Of a stretch of DNA of 64,000 nucleotides, positions 49,012 through 57,459 are shown one piece after another. The DNA comes from an uncultured Alistipes sp. (GTDB lineage: Bacteria; Bacteroidota; Bacteroidia; Bacteroidales; Rikenellaceae). How positions within the stretch are numbered: position 1 is the first letter of the stretch; each line of letters opens with the position of its first letter. Both the position numbers and the translations under genes were made by a program. The notes under the pieces were generated by a model that was not told where the DNA came from, ran no database searches, and saw nothing but the letters and a program-made list of their open reading frames with translations. Location of the stretch: assembly GCA_904502285.1 (NCBI GenBank), contig CAJGEC010000002.1:15126-79125 (forward strand). Direction: 5' to 3'.

Positions 49012-50403
49012 ATGACACTCATAAAATCTATATCAGGTATTCGAGGCACCATAGGTGGCGCTCTTTCGGAGAACTTAACCCCTATCGATGTCGTAAAATT
49101 CACCACTGCCTATGCCCGCTTCATCAAGGCTAAGAACCCCAATAAGCGCACTACAATCGTCGTGGGCCGCGATGCTCGCATCTCTGGCTCTATGGTCGAT
49201 TCATTGGTCGAGGGAACACTCCTCGGCACAGGCTGCGACGTCATCAACGTAGGTCTCTGCACCACCCCAGGTACTGAGATGGCCGTTATCACACACAAGG
49301 CCGATGGTGGCATCATCATCACCGCCTCGCACAACCCACGCCAGTGGAACGCCCTAAAGCTCCTCAGCGAGCGTGGCGAGTTCCTCAACGACAGCGAGGG
49401 TCGAGAGGTATTGGCTATGGCCGAGGATAGCACCTACGAATACCCCACCATCGACCATATCGGCAAGGTGGTTTTACGCGAGGACTTCAACCCTAAACAT
49501 ATCGAGCAGGTATTGGCACTCAACCTCGTTGATGTCGAGGCTGTGCGCAAGCGCAAGTTCAAGGTTGTGGTAGATGCTGTAAACTCTGTCGGAGGCATCG
49601 TCATCCCTGCGCTACTCAAGGAGTTGGGTTGCGAGGTCGTGGAACTCAACTGCGACCCTTCGGGTAACTTCGCACACAACCCAGAGCCACTCCCCGAAAA
49701 CCTCACCGAGATATCGGAGGTCATCCGTCGTGAGGGTGCCGACCTCGGTATCGTCGTAGACCCCGACGTGGATCGCTTGGCCTTCGTTATGGAGAATGGC
49801 GAGATGTTTGTTGAGGAGTACACCTTGGTAGCCGTTGCCGACTATGTGCTTCGCCACACCAAGGGCAATACCGTGTCGAACCTATCATCGTCACGCGCCC
49901 TGAGCGATGTTACGGCTCGCTACGAGGGATGTAGCTACTCGGCGGCGGCTGTGGGCGAGGTGAACGTCGTGGCAAAGATGAAGGAGACGGGTGCTGTAAT
50001 CGGTGGCGAGGGTAATGGCGGAATCATCTACCCTGAGTTGCACTATGGCCGCGATGCCTTGGTGGGCACTGCTCTCTTTTTGACCTATTTTGCAGGCCTA
50101 AATACCACGATGTCGGAGCTAAGAAAGAGCTACCCTGCGTACTTCGCCTCAAAGAACAAGATTGAGCTTACACCAGAGATTGATGTAGACAAGATTTTGG
50201 TGGAGATAAAGCAAAGATACTCAGCCGAAAGGGTCAATGACATTGACGGCGTGAAGATCGATTTCGAGGAGTGCTGGGTGCACCTCCGCAAGTCGAATAC
50301 CGAGCCTATCATCCGTGTCTATACCGAGGCAAAGAGTATGGCTGAAGCCGACGCCTTAGCACAGCGCTTCATTTCCGAAATAGAACAAATTTGCAAAGCC
50401 TAA
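49012..50403 (+). CDS. glmM: Phosphoglucosamine mutase / phosphohexomutase
   Basis: TASHNP phosphoserine loop, DPDVDR metal loop, GEGNGG, RKSNTEP. ATG at 49012 preferred. Confidence 0.88.
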   Translation: MTLIKSISGIRGTIGGALSENLTPIDVVKFTTAYARFIKAKNPNKRTTIVVGRDARISGSMVDSLVEGTLLGTGCDVINVGLCTTPGTEMAVITHKADGGIIITASHNPRQWNALKLLSERGEFLNDSEGREVLAMAEDSTYEYPTIDHIGKVVLREDFNPKHIEQVLALNLVDVEAVRKRKFKVVVDAVNSVGGIVIPALLKELGCEVVELNCDPSGNFAHNPEPLPENLTEISEVIRREGADLGIVVDPDVDRLAFVMENGEMFVEEYTLVAVADYVLRHTKGNTVSNLSSSRALSDVTARYEGCSYSAAAVGEVNVVAKMKETGAVIGGEGNGGIIYPELHYGRDALVGTALFLTYFAGLNTTMSELRKSYPAYFASKNKIELTPEIDVDKILVEIKQRYSAERVNDIDGVKIDFEECWVHLRKSNTEPIIRVYTEAKSMAEADALAQRFISEIEQICKA

Positions 50404-50436
50404 TAACAGATAATATAAACCTTAAAACTATAGACT

Positions 50437-51807
50437 ATGAAACTTGCAACCGAGTACATCGACAAGAACAAAGAGCGTTTCTTAGAGGAGCTTTTCGACC
50501 TTCTTCGCATCCCTTCAATCAGCGCACAGCCATCACTCCACAAGCAGGATATGGTACGTTGTGCCGAGTGGTTGGCAGCCTCATTGGTTAAGGCTGGTGC
50601 TGACCGTGCCGACGTGATGCCTACCGAGGGCAATCCTGTGGTTTATGCCGAGAAGATTATCGACCCTAAGGCAAAGACCGTGCTTGTCTATGGCCACTAC
50701 GACGTGATGCCAGAGGACCCTATCGACGAGTGGAAGACAAATCCTTTCGAGCCAGAGATTAAGGATGGCCGCATCTGGTGTCGTGGTGCTGACGACGACA
50801 AGGGACAGCTATATATGCACGCTAAGGCATTCGAGGCGATGGTAGCAACCGACACCCTCCCCTGTAACGTGAAGTTTATGCTTGAGGGTGAGGAGGAGAT
50901 TGGCTCTCCAAGCCTCTATAAGTTCTGTGCCGACAACAAGAAACTCCTCAAGGCCGACATCATCCTCGTATCTGATACATCGATGATTGGCCTCGACACC
51001 CCAACCATCACGGCTGGTTTGCGTGGTCTTACCTATATGCAGGTAGAGGTTACTGGCCCAGATAAGGATCTTCACTCAGGCCTCTTCGGTGGCGCTGTAG
51101 CTAACCCTGCCAACGTATTGGCTAAGTTGGTGTCGTCACTCACCGACGAGTTCGGCCGTGTCACCATCCCTGGCTTCTACGACGACGTGCGCATCCTCAG
51201 CGATGCTGAGCGCAAGGCTCTGAACAAAGCCCCATTCTCTTTGGAGGAGTATAAGAGGGCTCTCGACTTGGGCGACGTCGCAGGCGAGGTGGACTATACC
51301 ACTATGGAGCGCACAGGTATCCGCCCTTCGTTGGACGTAAACGGCATCTGGAGCGGCTACACTGGCGAGGGCACAAAGACCGTAATCCCATCTAAGGCGT
51401 ATGCTAAGATCTCTATGCGCTTGGTTCCTAACCAAGACTTCAAGAAGATCGCTAAACTCTTCGAGAAGCACTTCCGCCGCATCGCTCCTAAGAGCGTGAA
51501 GGTTAAGGTGGAGTTCTTGCACGGTGGCGCACCATACGTATCGCCTACCGACCTCCCAGCATATAAGGCTGCAGAGAAGGCCGTGGAGACAACCTTCGGT
51601 GTTACGCCACTCCCATTCTACTCTGGTGGTTCAATTCCAATCATCTCAGGCTTCGAGAACATCCTTGGCATCAAGTCTATCTTGTTGGGCTTCGGCCTCT
51701 CAAAGGATGCCATCCACTCTCCTAACGAGAGTTATGGCCTCGACCAGTTCTACAAGGGTCTTGAGACCTTGCCATACTTCTACAAGTATTTCGCAGAGAT
51801 GAAGTAG
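50437..51807 (+). CDS. M20-family dipeptidase
   Basis: YGHYDVMP, RGADDDKG, EGEEEIGS, DLHSG, IHSPNE. Confidence 0.93.
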   Translation: MKLATEYIDKNKERFLEELFDLLRIPSISAQPSLHKQDMVRCAEWLAASLVKAGADRADVMPTEGNPVVYAEKIIDPKAKTVLVYGHYDVMPEDPIDEWKTNPFEPEIKDGRIWCRGADDDKGQLYMHAKAFEAMVATDTLPCNVKFMLEGEEEIGSPSLYKFCADNKKLLKADIILVSDTSMIGLDTPTITAGLRGLTYMQVEVTGPDKDLHSGLFGGAVANPANVLAKLVSSLTDEFGRVTIPGFYDDVRILSDAERKALNKAPFSLEEYKRALDLGDVAGEVDYTTMERTGIRPSLDVNGIWSGYTGEGTKTVIPSKAYAKISMRLVPNQDFKKIAKLFEKHFRRIAPKSVKVKVEFLHGGAPYVSPTDLPAYKAAEKAVETTFGVTPLPFYSGGSIPIISGFENILGIKSILLGFGLSKDAIHSPNESYGLDQFYKGLETLPYFYKYFAEMK

Positions 51808-51826
51808 TCGCAAAACGACATATCGC

Positions 51827-51865
51827 GAGAGGGTGTTCATCAATACGAACACCCTCTCTTTATTT
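51827..51865 (+). terminator. GAGGGTGT-family terminator after the dipeptidase gene
   Basis: GAGAGGGTGTTC-loop-GAACACCCTCTC followed by TTTATTT. Confidence 0.78.
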
Positions 51866-51933
51866 ATACATTGTAGAACCCATCTTTTTGGCACTAAATG
51901 TGTGTTATGACTCCTCACAAAACATCGAATTTT

Positions 51934-52449
51934 ATGAGAAGTACAACACTTATTCTATTGGCTATAGTTATGGCAACTTTGGGATGCAAGGCACAACGCC
52001 ACGACATTGACCGCACGACGGTAACATCGCTAAACGTGGATAGATATATGGGGCGATGGTATGAAATCGCCCGCTTCGACCACAGTTTCGAGCGCAACTT
52101 AGAGAAGTGCAAAGCGCACTATACGAAGATGCCCAATGGGGATATCGTAGTGGAGAATAGCGGCTTCAACAGTCGCACAGGCAGAGAGAAAAGCTCCTTT
52201 GGCAAGGCTAAACGGGGTAAGCGAGTCGGCCAGTTGCGAGTATCCTTCTTCCTCTTCTTCTACTCCGACTACAACATCTTAGCCCTCGACGACAACTACC
52301 AATGGGCCTTAGTGGGTAGTAAGTCGCCGAATTACCTATGGATTCTGTCGCGCACACCATCGCTCCCCGAAGAGACTCTCAGCCACATCCTCGACATAGC
52401 AACCAAGCGAGGTTACGACACAAAAAAACTAATATGGGTCAAGCAGTAA
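51934..52449 (+). CDS. Bacterial lipocalin (Blc-like)
   Basis: YMGRWYEIAR, LRVSFF, YLWILSR; possible lipobox TLGC. ATG at 51934 preferred. Confidence 0.9.
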   Translation: MRSTTLILLAIVMATLGCKAQRHDIDRTTVTSLNVDRYMGRWYEIARFDHSFERNLEKCKAHYTKMPNGDIVVENSGFNSRTGREKSSFGKAKRGKRVGQLRVSFFLFFYSDYNILALDDNYQWALVGSKSPNYLWILSRTPSLPEETLSHILDIATKRGYDTKKLIWVKQ

Positions 52450-52467
52450 TGCCTGACCCATACTCTT

Positions 52468-53505
52468 TTACTTAACGCGGATGCGCTGCCCGATGCTAAT
52501 CCTATCAATATTGATATCGGGATTTAGTTCGGCAATCCGTTTGGAGGTTGTGCCGTAGCGTTGCGCTATGCGTCCCACAAGGTCGCCATCCTGAATGGTG
52601 TACCACACCTCGCCCTCATTCTCGGTGACGGGCTTTTCCTCAGCGCTCTTCTGCTCCACAACACCCCCCTTGCGAGGTATGCGTATGCGCTGGTTGATGC
52701 TTATCCTATCGACATTGATATCGGGATTGAGTCTCTTAATCTCCGAGAGTGTCGTGCCATAGCGCTGGGCCACACGACCTAAGAGGTCGCCATCCTGAAT
52801 GGTATACCAGTCGTAATCACCCTCTGGCACAGAGGCTTGACTCTTCTGCACAGTCTCATCAGCCGAAGAAGCCGCCGCCTTCTTCTCCTCCGCAGGAAGC
52901 ACAGGATCGTCGGTAATAACTGCCGTAGGTCTACCACTCTGCATATCTACAATACCATCGGCCTCGTGATCCTTAGACGAGCCCTCGATAGCCACGGAGA
53001 TACCCTCCTTAATCATCGACACCAACTCCCTGATATCCTCATTGGCAAGACGGATACTACCCTCGGTGACACGTCTGCCGAGACTCGCCTCATCCTCCGT
53101 GCCGTGAATGCCTATGCCCGAAAACTCAGGCACATCCAAGCGCAAGAACCAGTCGCCATAGAAACCCTCGACATAGCCCCTACCATCGCCATAGTCATAC
53201 AACCACGACGACGAGGACTGTATCTGCTTGACAATAAACTCTCCCTCAGGGGTCCTCATATCCCCCTTAAGGCGCTTATTACCATAGTTCTTACCCACGG
53301 CAACGGGGTAACTACGCATAAGTTCGCTCTCGGCATTATAGACCTCAAGTGCCATCCTCTGCTTCGAGATGATGATATGGTTGGCCACGGTATCGGCATC
53401 CAAGGGCGACGCACCATAGGCTCTTTGGCCAAAGGCCATAGCCACAACAAGGGCCACAACTCCCAAAAGGAGTCTATAGTTAAGATTTGTCACAACTCGT
53501 CTCAT
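52468..53505 (-). CDS. YkuD L,D-transpeptidase-family protein with two LysM domains; catalytic Cys position is Ser
   Basis: YPVAVGKN, GDMRTPEG, IGIHGT...TEGSIRL; two WYTIQDGDL LysM repeats. ATG at 53505 preferred. Confidence 0.88.
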   Translation of the reverse strand: MRRVVTNLNYRLLLGVVALVVAMAFGQRAYGASPLDADTVANHIIISKQRMALEVYNAESELMRSYPVAVGKNYGNKRLKGDMRTPEGEFIVKQIQSSSSWLYDYGDGRGYVEGFYGDWFLRLDVPEFSGIGIHGTEDEASLGRRVTEGSIRLANEDIRELVSMIKEGISVAIEGSSKDHEADGIVDMQSGRPTAVITDDPVLPAEEKKAAASSADETVQKSQASVPEGDYDWYTIQDGDLLGRVAQRYGTTLSEIKRLNPDINVDRISINQRIRIPRKGGVVEQKSAEEKPVTENEGEVWYTIQDGDLVGRIAQRYGTTSKRIAELNPDINIDRISIGQRIRVK

Positions 53506-53510
53506 CCTGC

Positions 53511-55544
53511 TTACTCCTCCCACTTAAAGACTACGCCCGTGCGTGAGGTATTATATATATTAATGGTATAGTACTCCGAACCATCCTCGCGCTGGTGTGT
53601 GGTAGTGAAGTGCTCACCCTCGACCTCAGCACGCTCCTGACCTCCAAAACGGGCCTCATCCGAAGAGAAGAGCACGGTATATTTTCCTGGCCAAGGCACA
53701 CACAACTCATAATCGGGGATAGAGGCTGTGGGGTGCCAGTTCAATACAAACAAGAGGCCCTTATGTGAATAGACCATCGTCTTGTTATGCTCATCCATCA
53801 TATGGTTGTATGGGTAGCCATCACCCAACACGCCATACTCCTTGACCATAGCCACCATAGCCTTGTCGAACTCGGCAAGGAAAGAGTAGCGTAAGAAACC
53901 ATTCTCGGCCAGCGACCACTGGCGACGGGCGTGCTGATAGGACCAGCCATTACCCTCGCGTGGGAAGTCAATCCACTCTGGGTGGCCAAACTCATTACCC
54001 ATAAAGTTGAGGTACGCCTCACCTCCCGTAGTGATTGTCATAAGGCGAATGAGCTTATGGAGTGCCATACCTCTGTCGATCATCAAGTTCTCCGAGGCAC
54101 GATCCATCGAGAAGTACATCTCCTTATCCATAAGTCTGAAGGCGATGGTCTTATCGCCCACCAAGGCCTGGTCGTGGGACTCGGCGTATGCAACCGTGCG
54201 TACCGAAGGGAGGCGATTGGTCATCACCGACCACATCTCCCAGATATTCCAATCCTCATCCTTCTGCTCCTTGAGCAACTTAATCCAGTAGTCGGGTATG
54301 GCCATACCGAGGCGGTAGTCGAAGCCCATACCTCCCTCCTCTGGCTTGACGCACGAACCTGGCATACCACTCACATCCTCAGCAATGGTGATAGCATCGG
54401 GACGTAGGTCGTGGATAAGTTTGTTTGCAAGAGTTAGATATACGATAGCATCACGATCCACACCCTCGTCGAAGAAGCGCTCACGGCAGTCGAAATCGAC
54501 ATAGCCATGGTGGTAGTAGAGCATCGAAGTAACACCATCGAAGCGATAACCGTCGAAATGGAACTCCTCCAACCAATACTTTACATTCGAGAGCAAGAAG
54601 TGCTCAACCTCACGCTTGCCATAGTCGAAAATCATAGAGTCCCAATACTGCTGGTAGCCTGCATCGCCCTCTTTAGAGTAGTGATGCTTCGAGCCATCAA
54701 GCTCATTGATACCCTCGTCGAAATTCTTAACATAGTGGGCGTGAACAAGGTCCATAATAACCGCTATTCCCAATTCGTGGGCGCGGTCAATCATCGAGCG
54801 CAACTCCTCGGCAGTACCAAAACGTGACGATGGGGCAAAGAAACTCGACACGTGGTAGCCAAACGAGCCATAGTAGGGATGCTCGGCGATAGCCATAAGT
54901 TGCACGGCATTATATCCAGCCTCCTTGATGCGAGGAAGAATCTCGTCGCGGAACTCTACGTAGGTGCCTACACCCTCTCGCTCCTGAGCCATACCCACGT
55001 GAGCCTCGTAGATAATCAGCTCGCCAACCTTTGGGGCGCGGAAATCGTCGTGCTTCCACTCGTAGGGCCTATCCAAGACAAACTGTGCGGTGTAGTTCTT
55101 TGTCTCCTCGTCCTGAACCACACGCTTAGCATAGGCGGGTATTCGGTCTCGCCATCCGTTATGGCCGTGGATATGTAGTTTATACAACGCACCATCCACC
55201 AGACGCTCGCCATACATAGCATCGGGCAAGAAGATAGACCATACGCCATCCTTCGTGCGCTGAAGACGCAACTCGGTACGCTGCCAATTGTTGAAGTCAC
55301 CAAAAATATAGACATCCTTAGCCTCAGGCAACCACTCCCTAAACCACCAGCCATTCATAACATCGTCGTACTGCCAGCCGAAAAAGCGATGTCCGTTGGC
55401 ATAGTCCACGATGGTACCAGCCGCATTCTCAATCTCCTTAAGACGGCTTTCGTACATACTATGTCTGCGATTAATCTCCTCCTCTACAGGCTGTAGCCAC
55501 TCATCAGCAGCCACCATAGCGAGCCTTTTATTTTGCTCTTTCAT
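53511..55544 (-). CDS. glgB: 1,4-alpha-glucan branching enzyme (GH13)
   Basis: IYEAHVGM, YYGSFGYHV, FDGYRFDGVTSM, AEDVSG, YAESHDQ, LNFMGNEFGHPEWIDFPR. Confidence 0.93.
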   Translation of the reverse strand: MKEQNKRLAMVAADEWLQPVEEEINRRHSMYESRLKEIENAAGTIVDYANGHRFFGWQYDDVMNGWWFREWLPEAKDVYIFGDFNNWQRTELRLQRTKDGVWSIFLPDAMYGERLVDGALYKLHIHGHNGWRDRIPAYAKRVVQDEETKNYTAQFVLDRPYEWKHDDFRAPKVGELIIYEAHVGMAQEREGVGTYVEFRDEILPRIKEAGYNAVQLMAIAEHPYYGSFGYHVSSFFAPSSRFGTAEELRSMIDRAHELGIAVIMDLVHAHYVKNFDEGINELDGSKHHYSKEGDAGYQQYWDSMIFDYGKREVEHFLLSNVKYWLEEFHFDGYRFDGVTSMLYYHHGYVDFDCRERFFDEGVDRDAIVYLTLANKLIHDLRPDAITIAEDVSGMPGSCVKPEEGGMGFDYRLGMAIPDYWIKLLKEQKDEDWNIWEMWSVMTNRLPSVRTVAYAESHDQALVGDKTIAFRLMDKEMYFSMDRASENLMIDRGMALHKLIRLMTITTGGEAYLNFMGNEFGHPEWIDFPREGNGWSYQHARRQWSLAENGFLRYSFLAEFDKAMVAMVKEYGVLGDGYPYNHMMDEHNKTMVYSHKGLLFVLNWHPTASIPDYELCVPWPGKYTVLFSSDEARFGGQERAEVEGEHFTTTHQREDGSEYYTINIYNTSRTGVVFKWEE

Positions 55545-55566
55545 AGAATTTTCGGTTTAGTTTTAG

Positions 55567-55595
55567 CAAAGATACAAAGTTTTTTCGTATCTTTG
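55567..55595. promoter_or_regulatory. Back-to-back sigma-A -7 boxes for glgB (minus) and the POT transporter (plus)
   Basis: CAAAGATA at 55567-55574 (TATCTTTG on minus) and TATCTTTG at 55588-55595. Confidence 0.6.
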
Positions 55596-55669
55596 TCCAA
55601 TATGAGGCATAATTTGACCTACAACTTGTAACAATTACAACTCATAATATTAACTAAAACTTATTTACT

Positions 55670-57205
55670 ATGTTCAAAGGACATCCTAAAGGTCTTTTAG
55701 CAGCGGCTCTTAGCAATATGGGCGAGCGTTTCGGTTACTACATCATGAACGCCGTTCTCGTATTGTTCCTCTGCTCGAAGTTTGGCTTGGGCGAAGAGAC
55801 AAGCTCTATTATCTACTCTTGCTTCTATGCAGGTATCTACATCTTGGCCTTGGTAGGTGGTTATATCGCCGACAAGACTCAGAACTACAAGGGTACCATT
55901 ATGGCAGGTTTGATGGTGATGGCAACGGGTTACGTACTACTCTCAATCCCTATCCTCGCTACATCAACCAACATCAACTGGTTGCTCCCACTCACCTGCT
56001 TTGCACTCTTCATCATCGCATTCGGTAACGGTCTCTTCAAGGGTAACCTCCAGGCTATCGTAGGTCAGATGTACGACAACCTTGAGGCTGAGGCTGCTAA
56101 GGAGGGCGAGGAGGCCTTGAAGGCTGCTAAGGATAAGCGTGACTCTGGTTTCCAGATCTTCTACGTATTTATCAATGTTGGTGGTGTTATCGCTCCATTC
56201 GTTGCTCCATTGCTCCGCGAGTGGTGGTTGAAGGCTCACGATATGCTCTACAACGCACAGCTTCCTGCTCTCTGCCACCAGTTCCAGGAGACTGGCGAGG
56301 TGACTGAGAACCTTACTAAACTCGCTGCAGAGTCAAGCCTACAGCCTGTGGGTGACATCGCAACCTTCTGCGGTGACTACCTCCAGATCTTCAACGAGGG
56401 TATCCACTACTCGTTCATCGCATCTGTAGCCGCTATGCTCATCTCTTTGACAATCTTCATCTCTACACGCAAGCGTTTCCCAACCCCTGCAAAGAAGGTT
56501 GCTAATACAAACGTAGACTACACTCCAGAGGAGCGTATCGCAGCAGCAACAGAGATCAAGCAGCGTATGTATGCGTTGTTCGCAGTGTTGGCTATCGCTA
56601 TCTTCTTCTGGTTTGCATTCCACCAGAACGGTACTTCACTCTCGATGTTCGCACGCGACTTCGTGAAGTCTGACAGCGTGGCACCAGAGGTATGGCAGGC
56701 ACTCAACCCATTCTACGTAATCGTCCTTACCCCAGTAATTATGTGGGTATTCGGTGCGTTGGGTCGTCGTGGCAAGTATATCTCTACCCCTCGTAAGATT
56801 GCTATCGGTATGGCTATCGCAGGTACTGCATACGTATTCCTCGCAGCATACTCTTACTTTATGGGCTACCCATCAGCAACTGAGGCACGTGCCGAGGGTG
56901 TTGTATTGTCAGGTCCATGGGTATTGTTGGTACTCTACTTCTTCTTGACCGTTGCCGAGTTGTTCATCTCGCCACTTGGTTTGTCATTCGTATCGAAGGT
57001 AGCGCCAAAGCATATGCTCGGTTTGTGCCAGGGCTTGTGGTTGGGTGCAACAGCAGTAGGTAACTTGCTCTTGTGGATTGGTCCACTTATCTACAACGCT
57101 GCTCCTATCTGGATTTGCTGGACCGTATTCCTCGCAGTATGCCTTATCTCTATGGGTATTATGCTTGGTATGGTTAAGTGGCTTGAGCGCGTAACTAACG
57201 CTTAA
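55670..57205 (+). CDS. POT/PTR family proton-coupled peptide transporter (paralog 1)
   Basis: GHPKGL, GERFGYY, GNGLFKGN, RDSGFQIFY, ELFISPLGLS. Confidence 0.94.
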   Translation: MFKGHPKGLLAAALSNMGERFGYYIMNAVLVLFLCSKFGLGEETSSIIYSCFYAGIYILALVGGYIADKTQNYKGTIMAGLMVMATGYVLLSIPILATSTNINWLLPLTCFALFIIAFGNGLFKGNLQAIVGQMYDNLEAEAAKEGEEALKAAKDKRDSGFQIFYVFINVGGVIAPFVAPLLREWWLKAHDMLYNAQLPALCHQFQETGEVTENLTKLAAESSLQPVGDIATFCGDYLQIFNEGIHYSFIASVAAMLISLTIFISTRKRFPTPAKKVANTNVDYTPEERIAAATEIKQRMYALFAVLAIAIFFWFAFHQNGTSLSMFARDFVKSDSVAPEVWQALNPFYVIVLTPVIMWVFGALGRRGKYISTPRKIAIGMAIAGTAYVFLAAYSYFMGYPSATEARAEGVVLSGPWVLLVLYFFLTVAELFISPLGLSFVSKVAPKHMLGLCQGLWLGATAVGNLLLWIGPLIYNAAPIWICWTVFLAVCLISMGIMLGMVKWLERVTNA

Positions 57206-57244
57206 TCCATATATACATAGGGTCGCTATAGCGGCCATCGAGTT

Positions 57245-57274
57245 GAGGGTGTCCCACACGTTGTGGACACCCTC
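57245..57274 (+). terminator. GAGGGTGTC-family hairpin between the POT paralogs
   Basis: GAGGGTGTCC-loop-GGACACCCTC; weak U-tract. Confidence 0.6.
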
Positions 57275-57459
57275 TGTCGTCTCGGCCTATCCCTCAAACG
57301 GCTCATTCTACCCTCTCAAGGCTACACATAAACCCTCTTTTAGGGTCTAAGTGGCATTTTAGTTTTGTAAATTCTATTTTTGTTCGTATCTTCGTCGCCG
57401 ATTTGTGTTATTTCGATAACAATTAACAAATTAATTATATTAACTAAAAACTTTTATCT

